From NCBI GenBank assembly GCA_964252035.1, contig OZ176203.1: DNA of 64,000 nucleotides; one strand, given 5' to 3'. The stretch is from Podarcis erhardii. Taxonomy: Eukaryota. A program made the translations under genes and the position numbers. Below the pieces are notes generated by a model that had not been told where the DNA came from, did not search any database, and saw nothing but the letters and a program-made list of their open reading frames with translations. Numbering within the stretch: position 1 is the stretch's first letter; each line of letters opens with the position of its first letter. Shown one piece after another: positions 36,694 to 50,009 of this stretch.

Positions 36694-37519
36694 ACAAGAT
36701 TCAAGTTTGTTTTCTTCTCCAAAACAGAAAACTGACAACTCTTTTAACATCCACAAAGCGCCATTCTTTCTCCTTGGATGAGGCAGAAAGAAGGCAAGAC
36801 CAACTCTTCAGTCCTAAAGAACCAGTTAACCTTTCAAATTGATGCATCGTTCTTGTTTTATTTAAAACGTTTCTCAGAAGAATCCAGGGCTGTGTACAAA
36901 AACATGAATAAAATTATTAGAGAGATGCTTGAAAATTACTGGTTGCTGGGGGGAAACAATGGGGGTGTCTTCATTGTGTTCCTGGAAACATCTGGCTGAC
37001 AAGGTCATGTTGAAGATTAGATGCGCCATTAATCGGATCCAGTAGAGCTCTTCCAAGGGCTCTCCTTATGCTCCTTTATATTTACCAAGTGAAGGCGGTT
37101 GCTGACCATTTCCTGTTCTCTCACATTAGCTATATGTGTTAGCAAGGTTGAAGAATGCTTCTGCTAAAGGAAGGCTTCTTTTAAAACAAAGTGTGGACAT
37201 GTGACTGTATTTTAGCTTTGCAGTTCTTTGTGTGAACCATAAGGTGTTCTACTCATGAAGCGGATATTATTTTAAGAGAATGAGCTTTGATGTCCCAAAG
37301 AAAAGTGATGTTTCTAGTATTGAAAAAGACTAAAAAGAGAATTTCAGAAATGCTCCTGTAAAATCATTTCACTTTATTTTACATTGTGCCTAATGAAAAA
37401 CAAGGAGGGACAGTGTCATACCAAAAATTAGATTATATTATGGAATACCAGATTTTCTGTAATTTTCAGGATTTTTCTTCTTCTTACGTTTAGTACCCAG
37501 AAGCATCAGACTTCAATTA

Positions 37520-37757
37520 CAGTGGTACCATGTGGTACGCTTCAGGTTACATACGCTTCAGGTTACAGACTCCACTAACCCAGAAATAGTACCTCAGGTT
37601 AAGAACTTTGCTTCAGGATGAAAACACAAATCGTGCTCCGGCAGCGCAGCGGCAGCAGGAGGCCCCATTAGCTAAAGTGGTGCTTCAGGTTAAGAACAGT
37701 TTCAGGTTAAGAACGGACCTCCAGAACGAATTAAGTACTTAAGCCGAGGTACCACTG
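37520..37757. mobile_element. Tigger/pogo-like (Tc1/mariner superfamily) MITE
   Basis: TIR CAGTGGTACC...GGTACCACTG with TA on both sides. Same family as 52621 and 52961. Confidence 0.9.
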
Positions 37758-38193
37758 TAGTGGCAAAACGGGCGAGCTTCTGCTGGGAAACTAAGGGATA
37801 AAAATGGACACAAATCTTGATACACATCCTGACATTCAAGCCAAACTATGCTATGGTACTAGACCAGAAAAACTTTAAATGCAAATCTTCTACACTTGCA
37901 CGGAGCAACTGAGGAACCACAAGGGACAGGGAATCTGACCCTTCCCCCATGTTTGCACCTGCCCAGCTGAGGTCAGAAGACATTGGGAGATAGTCCACGG
38001 AAGTTGAGAGGTGGGAAGTTTCAGTACCTCCAGGCCATGGACCCTCTTCTCCTTTCCTTTACATTCCACCCCACCTCACCTTCCTTTGCCCATGAACAAG
38101 GTAGATCGATGTTCAACAACATCAGTCTGCCACCATCACATACATTTTGGATCTTAAAAGCTCCACCAACACAAAACTTAGAACTATGAGAAA

Positions 38194-38340
38194 GGGGGCT
38201 ATAGATCATAGTGTGAGAGCACATGCTTAGTATTCAGAAGGTCCCAGGAACAATCCTCAGTGACTTCTACGTGACAGGGTGGGAAAGACTTCTGCTAGAA
38301 GCTCTAGAGATCTGCAGCTATAGTATTAGATTAGATCGGA
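38194..38340 (+). mobile_element. Old tRNA-derived SINE
   Basis: GGGGCTATAGATCATAGTG..AGAGCACATGCTT..CAGAAGGTCCCAGG head. Related to 47238-47380. Confidence 0.55.
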
Positions 38341-39638
38341 CTAGGCGCAAGGTAGTTTCAAATGTTCATATTGCCTACTGGGTAGAGATCTCACCTTTAA
38401 TGAATAGAGATACTAAAATTACATTTAAAAATACTGCTTCTTCAAGTTTTATAAGCCCTAAAATCTGCACTGTTTAATCTTTCTTCTCATCCAGATACTG
38501 TAAGAAGACTTGTCTTTCTAGTAAATGAGCTTATTGTATGAGGGACATGTAAGCTTACCCGCACAGTCTAGAGTAGCAAGATCTTCCACTCTTACAAACA
38601 GTCAAATACGGATACAAAATGAATTCTTCTGAACAAAGCTATGTTTCCTTAATAACAACAGTTGTATAAACATAAGGTCTTCTCTGTTAAAGGGAAACAG
38701 ACATCAAAAAGCAGTAAAACATGGAACCCTAAACCCTTCTTTCTTTGAAGAAATGTGTTTGAAGCGAGGTGTTTCTAGTTATGGGTGAGTGAAATGAGAA
38801 TTCAGCTGCAACAAACGGACATCCAGCCCCTATGAAGGACTAATTAGATCCATCTGAGAAGCTGTGTCTATACTGCTTTACACATTTCAAAAAGGGAAGC
38901 TCTGGTCTAGTCTTTTGAAAAGACTACATCAAAACAGTTAGTCACATCTAGCCACTACAGCGGCGTTATTTTCTTTTCTTTTTTCTTATAGAGCATTAAG
39001 AGCCATATTAAAGCCATGTTAATAAGCCTGTCTTACCCTGAGAAAGGCAATGAAATTTGGAGCGAAGAAAGCAAGCCTGGGCAGCATTGCTCCTAGAAAT
39101 CTCCCCACTAAGCCTGAATTTCAGAGGTGCTGATGCAAAAGGAAGTAATCCAGCACATCGCATGTGCTCAAATCAAATAAATCAGCTAAAAATGAAGTAG
39201 CAGCAACCAGGAAACACAGAGCTAACTACTATTTCTGTTGATTCATGTCTAGCCTCTCCATACAGCACTCAACATGCTGATAAAGATAACTACTGCTGCT
39301 ATGCCAGCAAAAGGAGCTCACAGTTATCTTGTCGGTCTTAAAAATAAATGGTCTCAATCCACCTCATACGCCTATGTGCTGCTCCCATTAATTTCAGCAA
39401 AGCTTGTGCAGAATGTTTTCTAAATGGATTGTGCCTAGAGCATTCATTTTGTATCCCAGCCTCCACTCACCGCTGCCCCCAGCCACACCCCGGAAACTGC
39501 GATTCTTTCTATTCATCAGACAGCGGCCCAGTTCACAAGTCATGGTAAACAATAGTTAGTGGATTTTCGGTAAACCTGTTGATCTTGGCCACTTTGTTCC
39601 TCCCTGCTAGTGTGCCAAAGAAACAAACTATGCGCCTA

Positions 39639-39895
39639 GAGCCAGTGTGGTGTAGTGGTTAAGAGCGGTAGTCTCGTAATCTGGGGAACCGGGTTCGATT
39701 CCCTGCTCCTCCACATGCAGCTGCTGGGTGACCTTGGGCCAGTCACACTTCTCTGAAGTCTCTCAGCCTCACTCACCTCACAGAGTGTTTGTTGTGGGGG
39801 AGGAAGGGAAAGGAGAATGTTAGCCGCTTTGAGACTCCTTAAAGGGAGTGAAAGGCGGGATATCAAATCCAAACTCTTCTTCTTCTTCTTCTTCT
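39639..39895 (+). mobile_element. tRNA-derived SINE with (TTC)n tail, probably Squam3-type
   Basis: GAGCCAGTGTGGTGTAGTGGTTAAGAGC head, box-B-like GGTTCGATTCC and a CORE-like middle. Second copy at 53381-53620. Confidence 0.85.
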
Positions 39896-40434
39896 AGTCT
39901 GGCATTACATCCAAAGTGGGGACTCTGACTTCTTTTATTCAAACCAACCACGATCATTAAACCAAAAACAAACCTAGGTTACAGAACATAGCTTGTTTGG
40001 AGTGGAACAAATCAAATCACAATCCTTGGTTCAAACACAAATGTTTCTCCTTTACATGATGTGCGAACAGGACCTTAATGTCACTTTGCATAATAGGTAC
40101 CTGCATTATTCCCTGTTCTCCACTGTCAGATGGTGTTCAAGGACTGCACGCAGAAGAGGAAAGAAGAAACCACTGTAGCAGCATGCTATGGGGTTATTAT
40201 AAATCATATTGTAGTCAGAAGCAAGCACAAAACATTCCTTTTTTGACCAGCAGACATGTTTTGAGAAAGTACTGTGGGCACCAGTCACAAAATGGCTGCT
40301 ATAGGAGTGTGGAATAACACAAAATTAGAGAAAGCATGGTAGCCATTGCTGCCCTCTGCCATCTCACTTCCAGACAACCAAGGGAAGTCAACTACATATG
40401 TCTTGCTGATCCCGATTATGGAGATCACACAATA

Positions 40435-40440
<6 letters not shown>

Positions 40441-40494
<54 letters not shown>
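40441..40494. repeat. Compound (TC)15(AC)12 microsatellite
   Basis: Direct reading. Confidence 0.97.
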
Positions 40495-40495
<1 letters not shown>

Positions 40496-41441
40496 GACGC
40501 TGTTGCTGTTCAGTAACTTGAAAGCAGATCCCTGTACCACAAAAAAACACACAATGTGGCCACACATACTCACTCACTTGCACTCACATGTAGTTTCAAA
40601 GCTATGAACAGAAGGCCAGCATGAGTGGATCCAGCAAGAAAGAAATGGGTTCATTTGTATAATTGGTCTTTTGACCAAATTCCCAAGTTAGCTGAAACAT
40701 TGGTATGGCTGAAAATGAAGGGGGGGGGGTGATTTCTAAAACCTGACCCAAACATGTTCCCCATGCAGTCTTGTCCCATTATGATTTATCACTCATTTGT
40801 TGCTGAATGTCTAAAGCCTCAACTGAAAAGCACTGAGTTAGGGATAACTTCAGCTCTACATGCAATGTTTGATGTATCAGGTGCGCAATGGCCATTATCT
40901 GTCTATGCTGATGTCATCATGCATGATGAAAAGGCATGTTTCATTTGAAAGGTGACTTTAATTTGTGGAAATGTATTTTGAATGTTATTTTATCTGCCAT
41001 TAATATAAAAGTGTACACATCCAAATTTCAAGCTACGTTAGCGTATCTCTGAGAAACATTGAGCGATTGAAATACGCAGGACCTCTTACAGGGCAGGTAA
41101 ACAATTTTACAGCCAGAAGGAGCAGGAAAAGACCTCATGTGGAAACAGTTAAAAATATATATTTGAGGTGTGAGGATCCAAAGAAAATAAAGTGGGGTGG
41201 TTAATTTATTCAAGGTCTGAATGAATAAGGAAGATTTTGCTTGACACATAAAAGATAACAGCAAAGGTGTCAGGGTTAATCTTCCTTGGGGAGCTCCATA
41301 GTTGGGAATGAACCATAGAAGAATGTTCTGCCATCACTATCTGCCTGCTCTGTGCTGGCAATACACCTGGAGAAGGGCTTTCATCTCAGCTACGTTCCTT
41401 ACATAAGTGGCCAGTCTTTTGGGTATGCTGAAGCTAGACTC

Positions 41442-41531
41442 TTTGGGGTGGGCAATCACTGCCACTCTCCAGATGTTGCTGGACTACAACTCCTATCAGC
41501 AAAAACTCAAGGGCCACAGGTTATCCACTCT
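41442..41531. mobile_element. Internally deleted Charlie-type MITE
   Basis: CCAGATGTTGCTGGACTACAACTCC core shared with 24-161. Confidence 0.6.
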
Positions 41532-41739
41532 TTCTTTAAGGCAATGATCCCATACTATCCCAGGCTTAAAAGGTCTAAGAGAGGGAAGCAAGTCTCTAAT
41601 TGCTTTATCCAAAACATTCGTAACTATGAAAACCTCTGTCATGCCCCACTAATTTACCTTCCCTCCACCAAACCTTAAAATCCCTAATGCTTCATCCTTT
41701 TACTGTAGACATTGTGCCCCGGTCCTTTCATGGTTCTAA

Positions 41740-41830
41740 TTTCCATTTCCTGCATCTTTTCTAGCTCTACAGTATTCTTTTACGAGATGGGGCAACCAGA
41801 ACTGTATGCCGTATTCCAAATATAGCATTC
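41740..41830 (-). mobile_element. CR1 ORF2 internal fragment
   Basis: Minus frame LEYGIQFWLPHL resembles the CR1 motif LEYCVQFWSPH. Confidence 0.55.
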
Positions 41831-43299
41831 CTGTGCAATGCCAATCATCTGTTGTATAATATATAGCAGCTTCCTACACCAAATGCCTCTCCTCCACCAC
41901 ATTTTTGTGTGCCTCCATTCAGGTACGCAGGAAAGATTGAGGCGGCGGCAATACTGGCAAGGATTCTCAAGGATAGCGGCTGCTGAAAATACAAAGCTTT
42001 GCATACAGACAGGGTTGGCTCCACCTATAGCCTTAGCTTTCTACACAGCTCAGTGGAATCTGCTTCTTGCATCCATGTGTCTCCTTAATGTGAACAGGGA
42101 GACCAACATCAAAGAGGTTAGGTTTCCATTCATTTTTAAAAGGACAGCAGGAGAGTAGGGGGAGGGGACCAAGAATATGGCTGGAATGTATACTGGTCAA
42201 AAAAGGTCATCACCCCAACACAAGAGGACATAAGATTCCAAAACAAAATGGTAAGCATGAAAGATGAGAAGGGACAGGAAGTTGATTAAATAGAAAATAT
42301 TCCACAACACTATAAATATTTATGCAAAGCAAATTCTGCAAAGCACTGAGTATTGCTGGAGCCATGAGCACACTTATGTAAATAGGGAAAATACAGGTGC
42401 CAAGTAAGGAAGAGGTGTTCAGCTTAATTACAAAACTATTTCAAGACATCATTAACAACTTTTAAGTGTTCTTTAAAATATACAGAGAATTGTTAACATG
42501 CATGTCAAGAAAGCCCATGGAATTATTTTCTAATGTTTATTAGTGTTTATTTTTCAAGTTTATTTTGTAAAAGCAAGCTTTTGTGGAAGTGAACTCATTG
42601 GAGAACTCGTTCTTAATTCCATTTCAGAACACATCTGGTGTGTTTGCCAGCTTTGAGAAAGACAACGGCTCCAGTTTAAAAGAAGTAGCCTGAGTTAAGA
42701 ATACTTGACATTCAAGTGGCTGGAAACAGGATGTGTGGAGCTAGCCATCTCTAACCCTTTATCACCAAGACATTAAATATCAGGAGGATACCAAAACAAG
42801 CATGCTTTCCAGTTTCCCAATTCAGACATTCACAGCAGAGAGAGAAGTAAACCAAGTAAATACTGAGAAAGAGAAAAGGATGCATCTGTGGAAATATAGC
42901 ACAATTATCTTTTACTCCTTTATTCCTCGCTGAACATTCCTCCTCTTGGTGGCAGGAAAATTACAGAGTGGTGAATTAGATAGATTCAACATTTTACGAT
43001 ACTGGGCTACTGTATGTAGATTCGCCATGGTTTATACTTCTATATTCTTCTAGCCTCTACCTATTAGCTTTACAATAAATTTAACACTATTTAGCTCCAC
43101 AAAAGCATTCCACTATGGAGAAATATGGTCACTGCTAAGATCTTTATTGTACTGTTATTCTTTCAAGGTGTCTAGACAACATGAGTTCCATTGTTCTCGG
43201 CAAGGTTCTCTCCACAAACATTAGCGTGGGTAAAAAAACCCAACCACTTGCAGCTTAGAAGCAACAAGGTGGAGCACCTCCCCATATGGAACAGTTAAG

Positions 43300-43430
43300 N
43301 NNNNNNNNNNNNNNNNNNNNNNNNNNNNNNNNNNNNNNNNNNNNNNNNNNNNNNNNNNNNNNNNNNNNNNNNNNNNNNNNNNNNNNNNNNNNNNNNNNNN
43401 NNNNNNNNNNNNNNNNNNNNNNNNNNNNNN
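43300..43430. other. Assembly gap
   Basis: 131 N, probably covering the L2 tail. Confidence 1.
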
Positions 43431-43779
43431 TCTGGGTTTCCCCAGCCATTTTGGGCGGCTTCCAACAAAACACTAAAATGCAATAACCTATTAAACATTA
43501 AAAGTTTCCCTAAACAGGGCTGCCTTCAGATGTCTTGTAAAAGTTTGGTAGTTATTTTTCTCTTTAACATCTGGTGGGAAGGCGTTCCACAGGGCGGGTG
43601 CCACTACCAAGAAGGCCCTCTGCCTGGTTCCCTGTAACTTGGCTTATCGTAGCGAGGGAACTGCCAGAAGGCCCTCGGCACTGGACCTCAGTGTCCAGGC
43701 AGAACGATGGAGGTGGAGACGCTCCTTTAGGTATACTGGACTGAGGCCGTTTAGGGCTTTAAAGGTCAGCACCAACACT
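43431..43779 (-). mobile_element. L2 LINE 3' end
   Basis: VLVLTFKALNGLSPVYLKERL..LRSSAEGLLAVPSLR. Reverse complement of the family at 8985-9275. Confidence 0.88.
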
Positions 43780-45166
43780 AGGGGATTTACAGCCAAGTCC
43801 TTTTGTAATTTCTCTCTTCTTCTTTTGTATATTGAAACCAGTACAATACTGTACATGGCCAAGAGAAGAAAAGAGAAGGGGAGGGGAGACCAAATGGGAC
43901 TGCTGCAGACACTACAAGGAAAAGGAGAGAAGGAAGAAGGCAACTTGCCTCGCCCCAAACTTCTTGCTTAAACCTAATCGATTGCATGCTGGGAAGGACT
44001 GATCTGAAGGCATGAAGAGTCTAGTGTCTTAAAAAAAAAAATCAGCAAAGATTAGGCCCTGCCTCTTGGACCAGAGGAAGGCCCTCCTGAAACCATGACC
44101 TGGTACACACATAATGCGAAAACAATCCATGACTTAGCATGAAGGTGCAAATGTGCAGCTTCCCAGAGAGATCACATTCACTTTCCTCAGCCTCCCATCC
44201 TACTGCAATGCTGCAGCAAGCAAAGCCATGGTTTGGTTCAGCATTATGTTCAAACTGGGCTCATGATTTATCTTTCTCCACACAAAACTGGTAGCCAAGG
44301 TTTGTTCTATGTCTTGCTGCTCATGGTCTTTCTGGGGGAGATAAGCTATGAGCCTGGGTTCAGATGTAACGATGAGCCAAAATATGGCTTAGCTTACAGC
44401 AACGTAGCAGCAGGAAGACTGGCGTAGAAGCAAAGTGATCAAAATCTTGACTCTAGGAACCCACAAATTTGCTTGTTTATGCTAGTTTGGCTTAGTGTTG
44501 CATTCAAAATGGGCTTTTATCACAACATACAGTATGAAAGAACAGCATAAAATCTGACCTGCCCTTACATAAAATAGCTAGTTAGAATAGAAAGGTCACC
44601 CAAACGGGCTGTGAAAATTCATCAGCAGGAAGTTTCAGTTCTCAGACATTTCCAGGCAAAAAACACAAAAACACACACTTTCTCCATTGTGCCATATTGT
44701 AGCCTTAAGCATGTTGAATAATATGCAGTGTTAGCACACAGCTCAGAGACTGACCACTTGTGCATCTTTCTTGGAGTGCATACTTACCTTGTTTTCATGA
44801 CGTCAGTTTCAAAATCTTCTAAAAAAAAATGCTACTGCAGTGTTACCAAATCTAACACCAGCCTTACATCAGGTATGTGCCTTTAGCCACTGGTCTCCAC
44901 CAAACACCAAGGATTCCAGTGTTTGAAACAAAATAACTTGGTGTATGGGCTGCTTTTATTATGTAGCAATAATTCAGTAATAATTTTTAGACAGTTCTGA
45001 TAGTAATTTCCCGTTTTTATTACCATCATATTGCTAAGAATCATCTTATCATCATTATGAAGTGTGTGCAAATAAATAAGGATTTCAGCTTCTAGTTTTG
45101 GGGCGAAAGTCAATACCACATAACAATAAAATCTTGACTGCTTGTGAAAAGAGAACAATGGCTTAC

Positions 45167-45269
45167 CAAGAATGTAGACCCTTGACATGAAGCTATAACT
45201 GAGTGAGTTGTTTCCCCCAGCTGGATTGATAGCTCCCAGTTGTTAGCATCAGGTGGAACAACAGAAACC
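45167..45269 (-). CDS. PCCA: PCCA coding exon, equivalent to human exon 19 (103 nt, phase 2 to phase 0)
   Basis: Minus strand: TTCATCTTTCTGTTTCTTTAG|G GTT TCT...ACA TTC TTG|GTAAGC. Translates (R)VSVVPPDANNWELSIQLGETTHSVIASCQGSTFL, matching human PCCA as recalled ([34 protein letters not shown]). In frame with the next two exons. Confidence 0.93.
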
Positions 45270-46114
45270 CTAAAGAAACAGAAAGATGAATAAGAGTACT
45301 TTAAACATCCTCAACCCATGTTTCATCACTGGCTCTCTCCATGGTTTTTATCACAAGATTTAAAAAAATAAATAACTACAACTTGGATCATATACTATAT
45401 GCATATAATTTTTTCAGATGCCTTAGTTTATTTGTTCCGCCTCTCTCACAAGGCAGCTTACAACACCTAGCAAAACAATATTGTAAAAATATCCCATAGA
45501 CACAAAACAACCCAAAAATTTTTGCAGCCGACTTCCAAACATGTTATTTTCCTGAGGCAGACGGGTCTCTGCACTCTACGCATGGCTTCCTGGCAATATA
45601 GCTTGCATTGAGTAACAGCCTTTTACAAATGTTAGAACCATGACATTTCAGGTGACAACTTTGAAGGGAGTCATGTAGCTGAAGTATGGTGAAAATCTGA
45701 TTTATAGCCACATGTAACCTTAGCTGCAAGAACATCATAAGGAAAGGCATAAGTGACAGAGCACATGCTTTGCATCCACAATAATACTAGATCACCAGTT
45801 TAAAGTATTGCAGGTAGCAAGATCTCTGCTCAGATCTTGAAGATGTTTTAACAGTCAAGGAAGGATATTATTTAAAAAACCAGCCCTTCTTTATTAATCA
45901 CTGATGCCATCACGAGAAGACTTAACTGACAGCATAAAAAGACAAATGAAGCTCTCAGTGAAAGTTTAAGAATCATCATATGAAAGATGATTTTGTGCTG
46001 ACCTGCTGTAGATACTTTAGGTATGTTTTAATCTTGTTAGCTGTTGAGCATACCCATGGAAAGGGATCTAATAAATAAACACGCTAAGTAATTACAAAAA
46101 TATTGAGTATTAGT

Positions 46115-46221
46115 TCCTACTTGTAGACTTCCCATAGACCTTTGGCTGGCCACTGTGAAAACAGAATGCTGGACTAAATGGGCCTTTGGCCTGATCCAGC
46201 AATGCTGATATTTTAGCATTA
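46115..46221 (+). mobile_element. CR1 3' UTR short fragment
   Basis: GGCTGGCCACTGTGAAAACAGAATGCTGGACTAAATGGGCCTTTGGCCTGATCCAGCA. Confidence 0.65.
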
Positions 46222-47237
46222 AGATGTGTTTAAAAAAACAATCTTAAACTGACTGAGGATTTGTATGAAAACACTAGTTTTAAGATAAAGTAGAATTCCA
46301 ATTTTACCAGGTAAGGAGGTGGGAAATCACTTTCAAAGGCCTTTGTTTCTTGTGTATTTATTTGTTGCAGGTTTGTAACATATCCAGCCCCACTAACTAT
46401 ATCCGATGGAGGAAATAGCTTCGAGAGTAAATGAAACTGCAGACTTCAGGGGACAGAATCGAACTCTGAATAAATTCTTAGAGCACACAACACCAAGTAA
46501 GATGAAGCCGACAAGTGAGGTGCAGCCCACAATACAAATCAGGAATATCACAAGCTGTCAAAGAGAAAGTTTTAGACAGTTGCTGGTCTCCCAATGCAAC
46601 CTTTACACATTTCAAGAACTCCCTGTAGAAATGCACAGACTAAGCAGTTTGTCCTTTCACACTGTCCTTAAGGTGCATTCTGCCGTGATGTTCCAGACAT
46701 TTGACAACAATAGTTAGGCTGTGCCAGCTGCTTACTGCGCTAATCATAATTTCACATTGTTACCCTGTGCTCTCTCCCATCCTTTTCATTTGGCTACCTG
46801 TTCATTACCATAATTGGGCCACTTTTCTCCTTGAGTTCTTCCCCTGTGATTGTATGCCCCTGTTATCACTCAACATATGCTTAGTGATTTGATTATGACA
46901 GAAGCCTATTGGTTTCCTGCTCTCGACATATACTTCAAATAATCCTAGAGAGTACACTACTATTCTTAATTACTTTTGTAGAAAAAAGGAAGAAAGTTAT
47001 TCTCAGGATTCTTAGGTAACAAGCAAAAAATGGTATCAGGATAAACCTGCCCACAACTATCTCACACGAGTTAAATGGCAGGTTGAGCACCTTAAGAGTG
47101 ATATCTTACCAAGACCAGAATGGACCAGAACGATCCGTTTGTGATCTCCTCTGAAATACCAAATCATATGTACAAAAGGCCATTCTAAAATTAAAGCATG
47201 TAGAATCTACCTTTTGGGGAATACAGCAGTTAAGATA

Positions 47238-47380
47238 GAGCCTATAGCTCAGTGGTACATTTCAAGCTCTGTGTGTAGGCATTTCCAGGTTCAAGTCACG
47301 TGATCTCCAGCTTATGTCAGGTGGCAGGAATGAGTCTTTGGAGGGCCGCTACTCGTCAGAGCAGGTAATACTGGGTGAGA
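47238..47380 (+). mobile_element. Old tRNA-derived SINE
   Basis: TATAGCTCAGTGGTA...CCAGGTTCAAGTC with box A/B-like motifs. Confidence 0.5.
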
Positions 47381-50009
47381 AGGGGTCATTTGTGAAGACT
47401 CCTGTGTCCTTTTGAAGATTCCCCAATGTTTATCACAGCAAGCTTATGAAAAAAGTGTGTGTATTTGACCAACAGAGAGAGTAGAATGCATTTTAAGAGC
47501 CATGGCAGTGTTGCCTAGTCAATAACATATTTATTTACTTTTTGACTGTGTTCTCTTCCGTTGCATGAATTCTGATGCAAATTAATAATACTGAGATGGA
47601 GGGAAGGACCAGCAATTGTGAGTTTCTACAATCCATCGATCAAATATTTATTATTATTTCACAAAGACTGGGTTCTTTAGCACTATTAGATTATGAGACA
47701 ACAAAATAATGCTTTTCTTCACCCTCAACCACCTTTTGTTTAAACAGCGAAAGCTTGAAGGAATGTCTACTCAGACCAAAGTTTATGCAACTTTCTTCAC
47801 TTCTACTCTTGTTTACTAGCACACTGAAATAGCATCTGCTCAAAGAGTCTTTTGTGCAACTTAGTGCTGACATCAACAGATTAATCTGCATCCTTATTTT
47901 TTATGAAGAACAGTTCACTAGGTATACATTTTGTATTGGGTCTGCCACCAACCTCTTGTATTTCCAGTGCTTTGTGTGTTTTTACAATTCTAGCATTAGT
48001 TTATGACAGTTGCATTTTTCATTTTCTTATTACCAGAGTTCTGGTTCACTACGCTTACCACAATATGTGCAGTATTAGCAGAACAACCTTTCCACTGTTG
48101 GAAAAAGACACATCCCCAGACATAGCTACTACGTCATATGACTGATGTTAAATGATTCATATAACAACTTGCCAAATCATTGTGAACTGTTAATCAGGCA
48201 ACAGAGCTGAGCAACAAGGAGCAACAACATGGACATACCAAGCAAATGAGTCAGCTGCCCATTCAAAGCATTTGCAACTCTTGCTCACCTAGATAGAGCT
48301 ACCATGGTAGCATCAGAATCCACGTTTCCCTGATAGCTTCTGGGGTTGGTTTAGTTTGGAGAAGCCATATACATATGATCTCATTTAAAATCATCACTAA
48401 TTTTCTGATTACTGATTCATTTTCATTGTCAATAGAACTTTCACAAATGATTCCTGAATGATTTTTGGGTAGATGCAGGCCGGTCTTCTCACCTGCTTAC
48501 CATTTATGCCTATCACTAACAGAACCCCCTAAAAATTTTGATAGCTAGCACAACACTGCTAAAGAAAGAAAATATGCAAAGTCTAATTGTTGGGTGTTGG
48601 TTTTTTTTTTTTACTTATTTGCATCCTCTTTTTAAAAATATTTTCTTTCAAAGTGGATTCCGAAATCAGAAGAATAACTACAATTAAAACTAAAATATCA
48701 TAAATATCACACACAACAACGTAAAAAAAATCCCTGTCAACTACTTACAGGGTTTTAAGCCAGAACCCAGTGCCCTGTGTAACAGGTGACAAGTCAGACT
48801 ATTATAATAGTGGTGGGGAGGAAGAATTGAGAGTCTTCAATTTTAGGACAAATAGTTTGACAGAATCTGGGCTTAAAGTGGAAAAGTTGGTCTGATGGTG
48901 CACTCATTCCCCTTGTGAGACAAAAAGAGACAGCTGCAATTATAGCATGAAATGGAAAATGGTAGAAAGGTGTTAGCTATGAACAAAGGAGTTGTAAAAC
49001 ATTTTCCAATACTACTGCTATTAGAAGAAAAGGTCATCCTGACAGTGAGATAACGCCCATTTTCTGAAACACTAAGTTCATCACTTAAAATCCAGAAGTG
49101 GAGCAAACGTCACGTGTAGACACAGCTTTAGGTGCAAACTGAGCAAGACACCACTGGGATTTATCAAAGGCAGGGGAAAACCATGCAAAATATTAGCTGG
49201 AATAGGCATAGCTTGGAACTTATATGCACAAAGAACTACAATATGCTGCTACTTCCATTCTTGCTTCCCTGCCAAATGGTTTGGTTGTTTCTGTATAAAG
49301 CATCAGCGTTCACAGCTTGTATTTTCCTTGCTGCAATGGATTCTCAGCTAGAGAACCTGCAGAACATCAGAAAAACAGGATGCCTAAAAAAGAGATGGAC
49401 ATCACCCGTAGTTAAACTAAACTATATAAAAACCAAAAGCAGCAATGTAAAGTTTCATTCATATAATCTAGAATAAATAGCTGCTCTACTCAGGCTTAGA
49501 TTGTCAGCGGCCAATCAGCATGTAGGGGCTCAATATCCAGTTTGCTACAAAGGGGTCTCCCCCCACCTCTATTTGCAACTGCTGCAGATGATGTAATGGG
49601 ATATGAATTAATGTCACAAAAGGTTATGAAAATAAAAGTATAGATTTATTTAATAAAATTCAAACTATCAGGTGTATGGAGCTTAAGGTGGGGGAATCTA
49701 CATTAAAGTGCAATTTGTCTTCAGACTCTCAGGTAAGAATCTGAGCAACCCCAACATTGCAAAACTATGTTACATGACACACCGCAAATACATGCGGCTA
49801 TTTTTTCCTGTTGCACAATTATGTATTTCAGCAGCTAAATAAAAGTGATATATTGACTTAAAACAATATTAATGGTCAAAGAATAATTAAGAAATCCTTC
49901 ATCATAACTTTCTCAGCGGGAGGCCTATAAACGATCAAGAATAATGTGCTGTATTCTTTAGGCACTGAGGTCAATTCCTGCATACAAATCTTTACAGCAG
50001 AAGTGGGGG

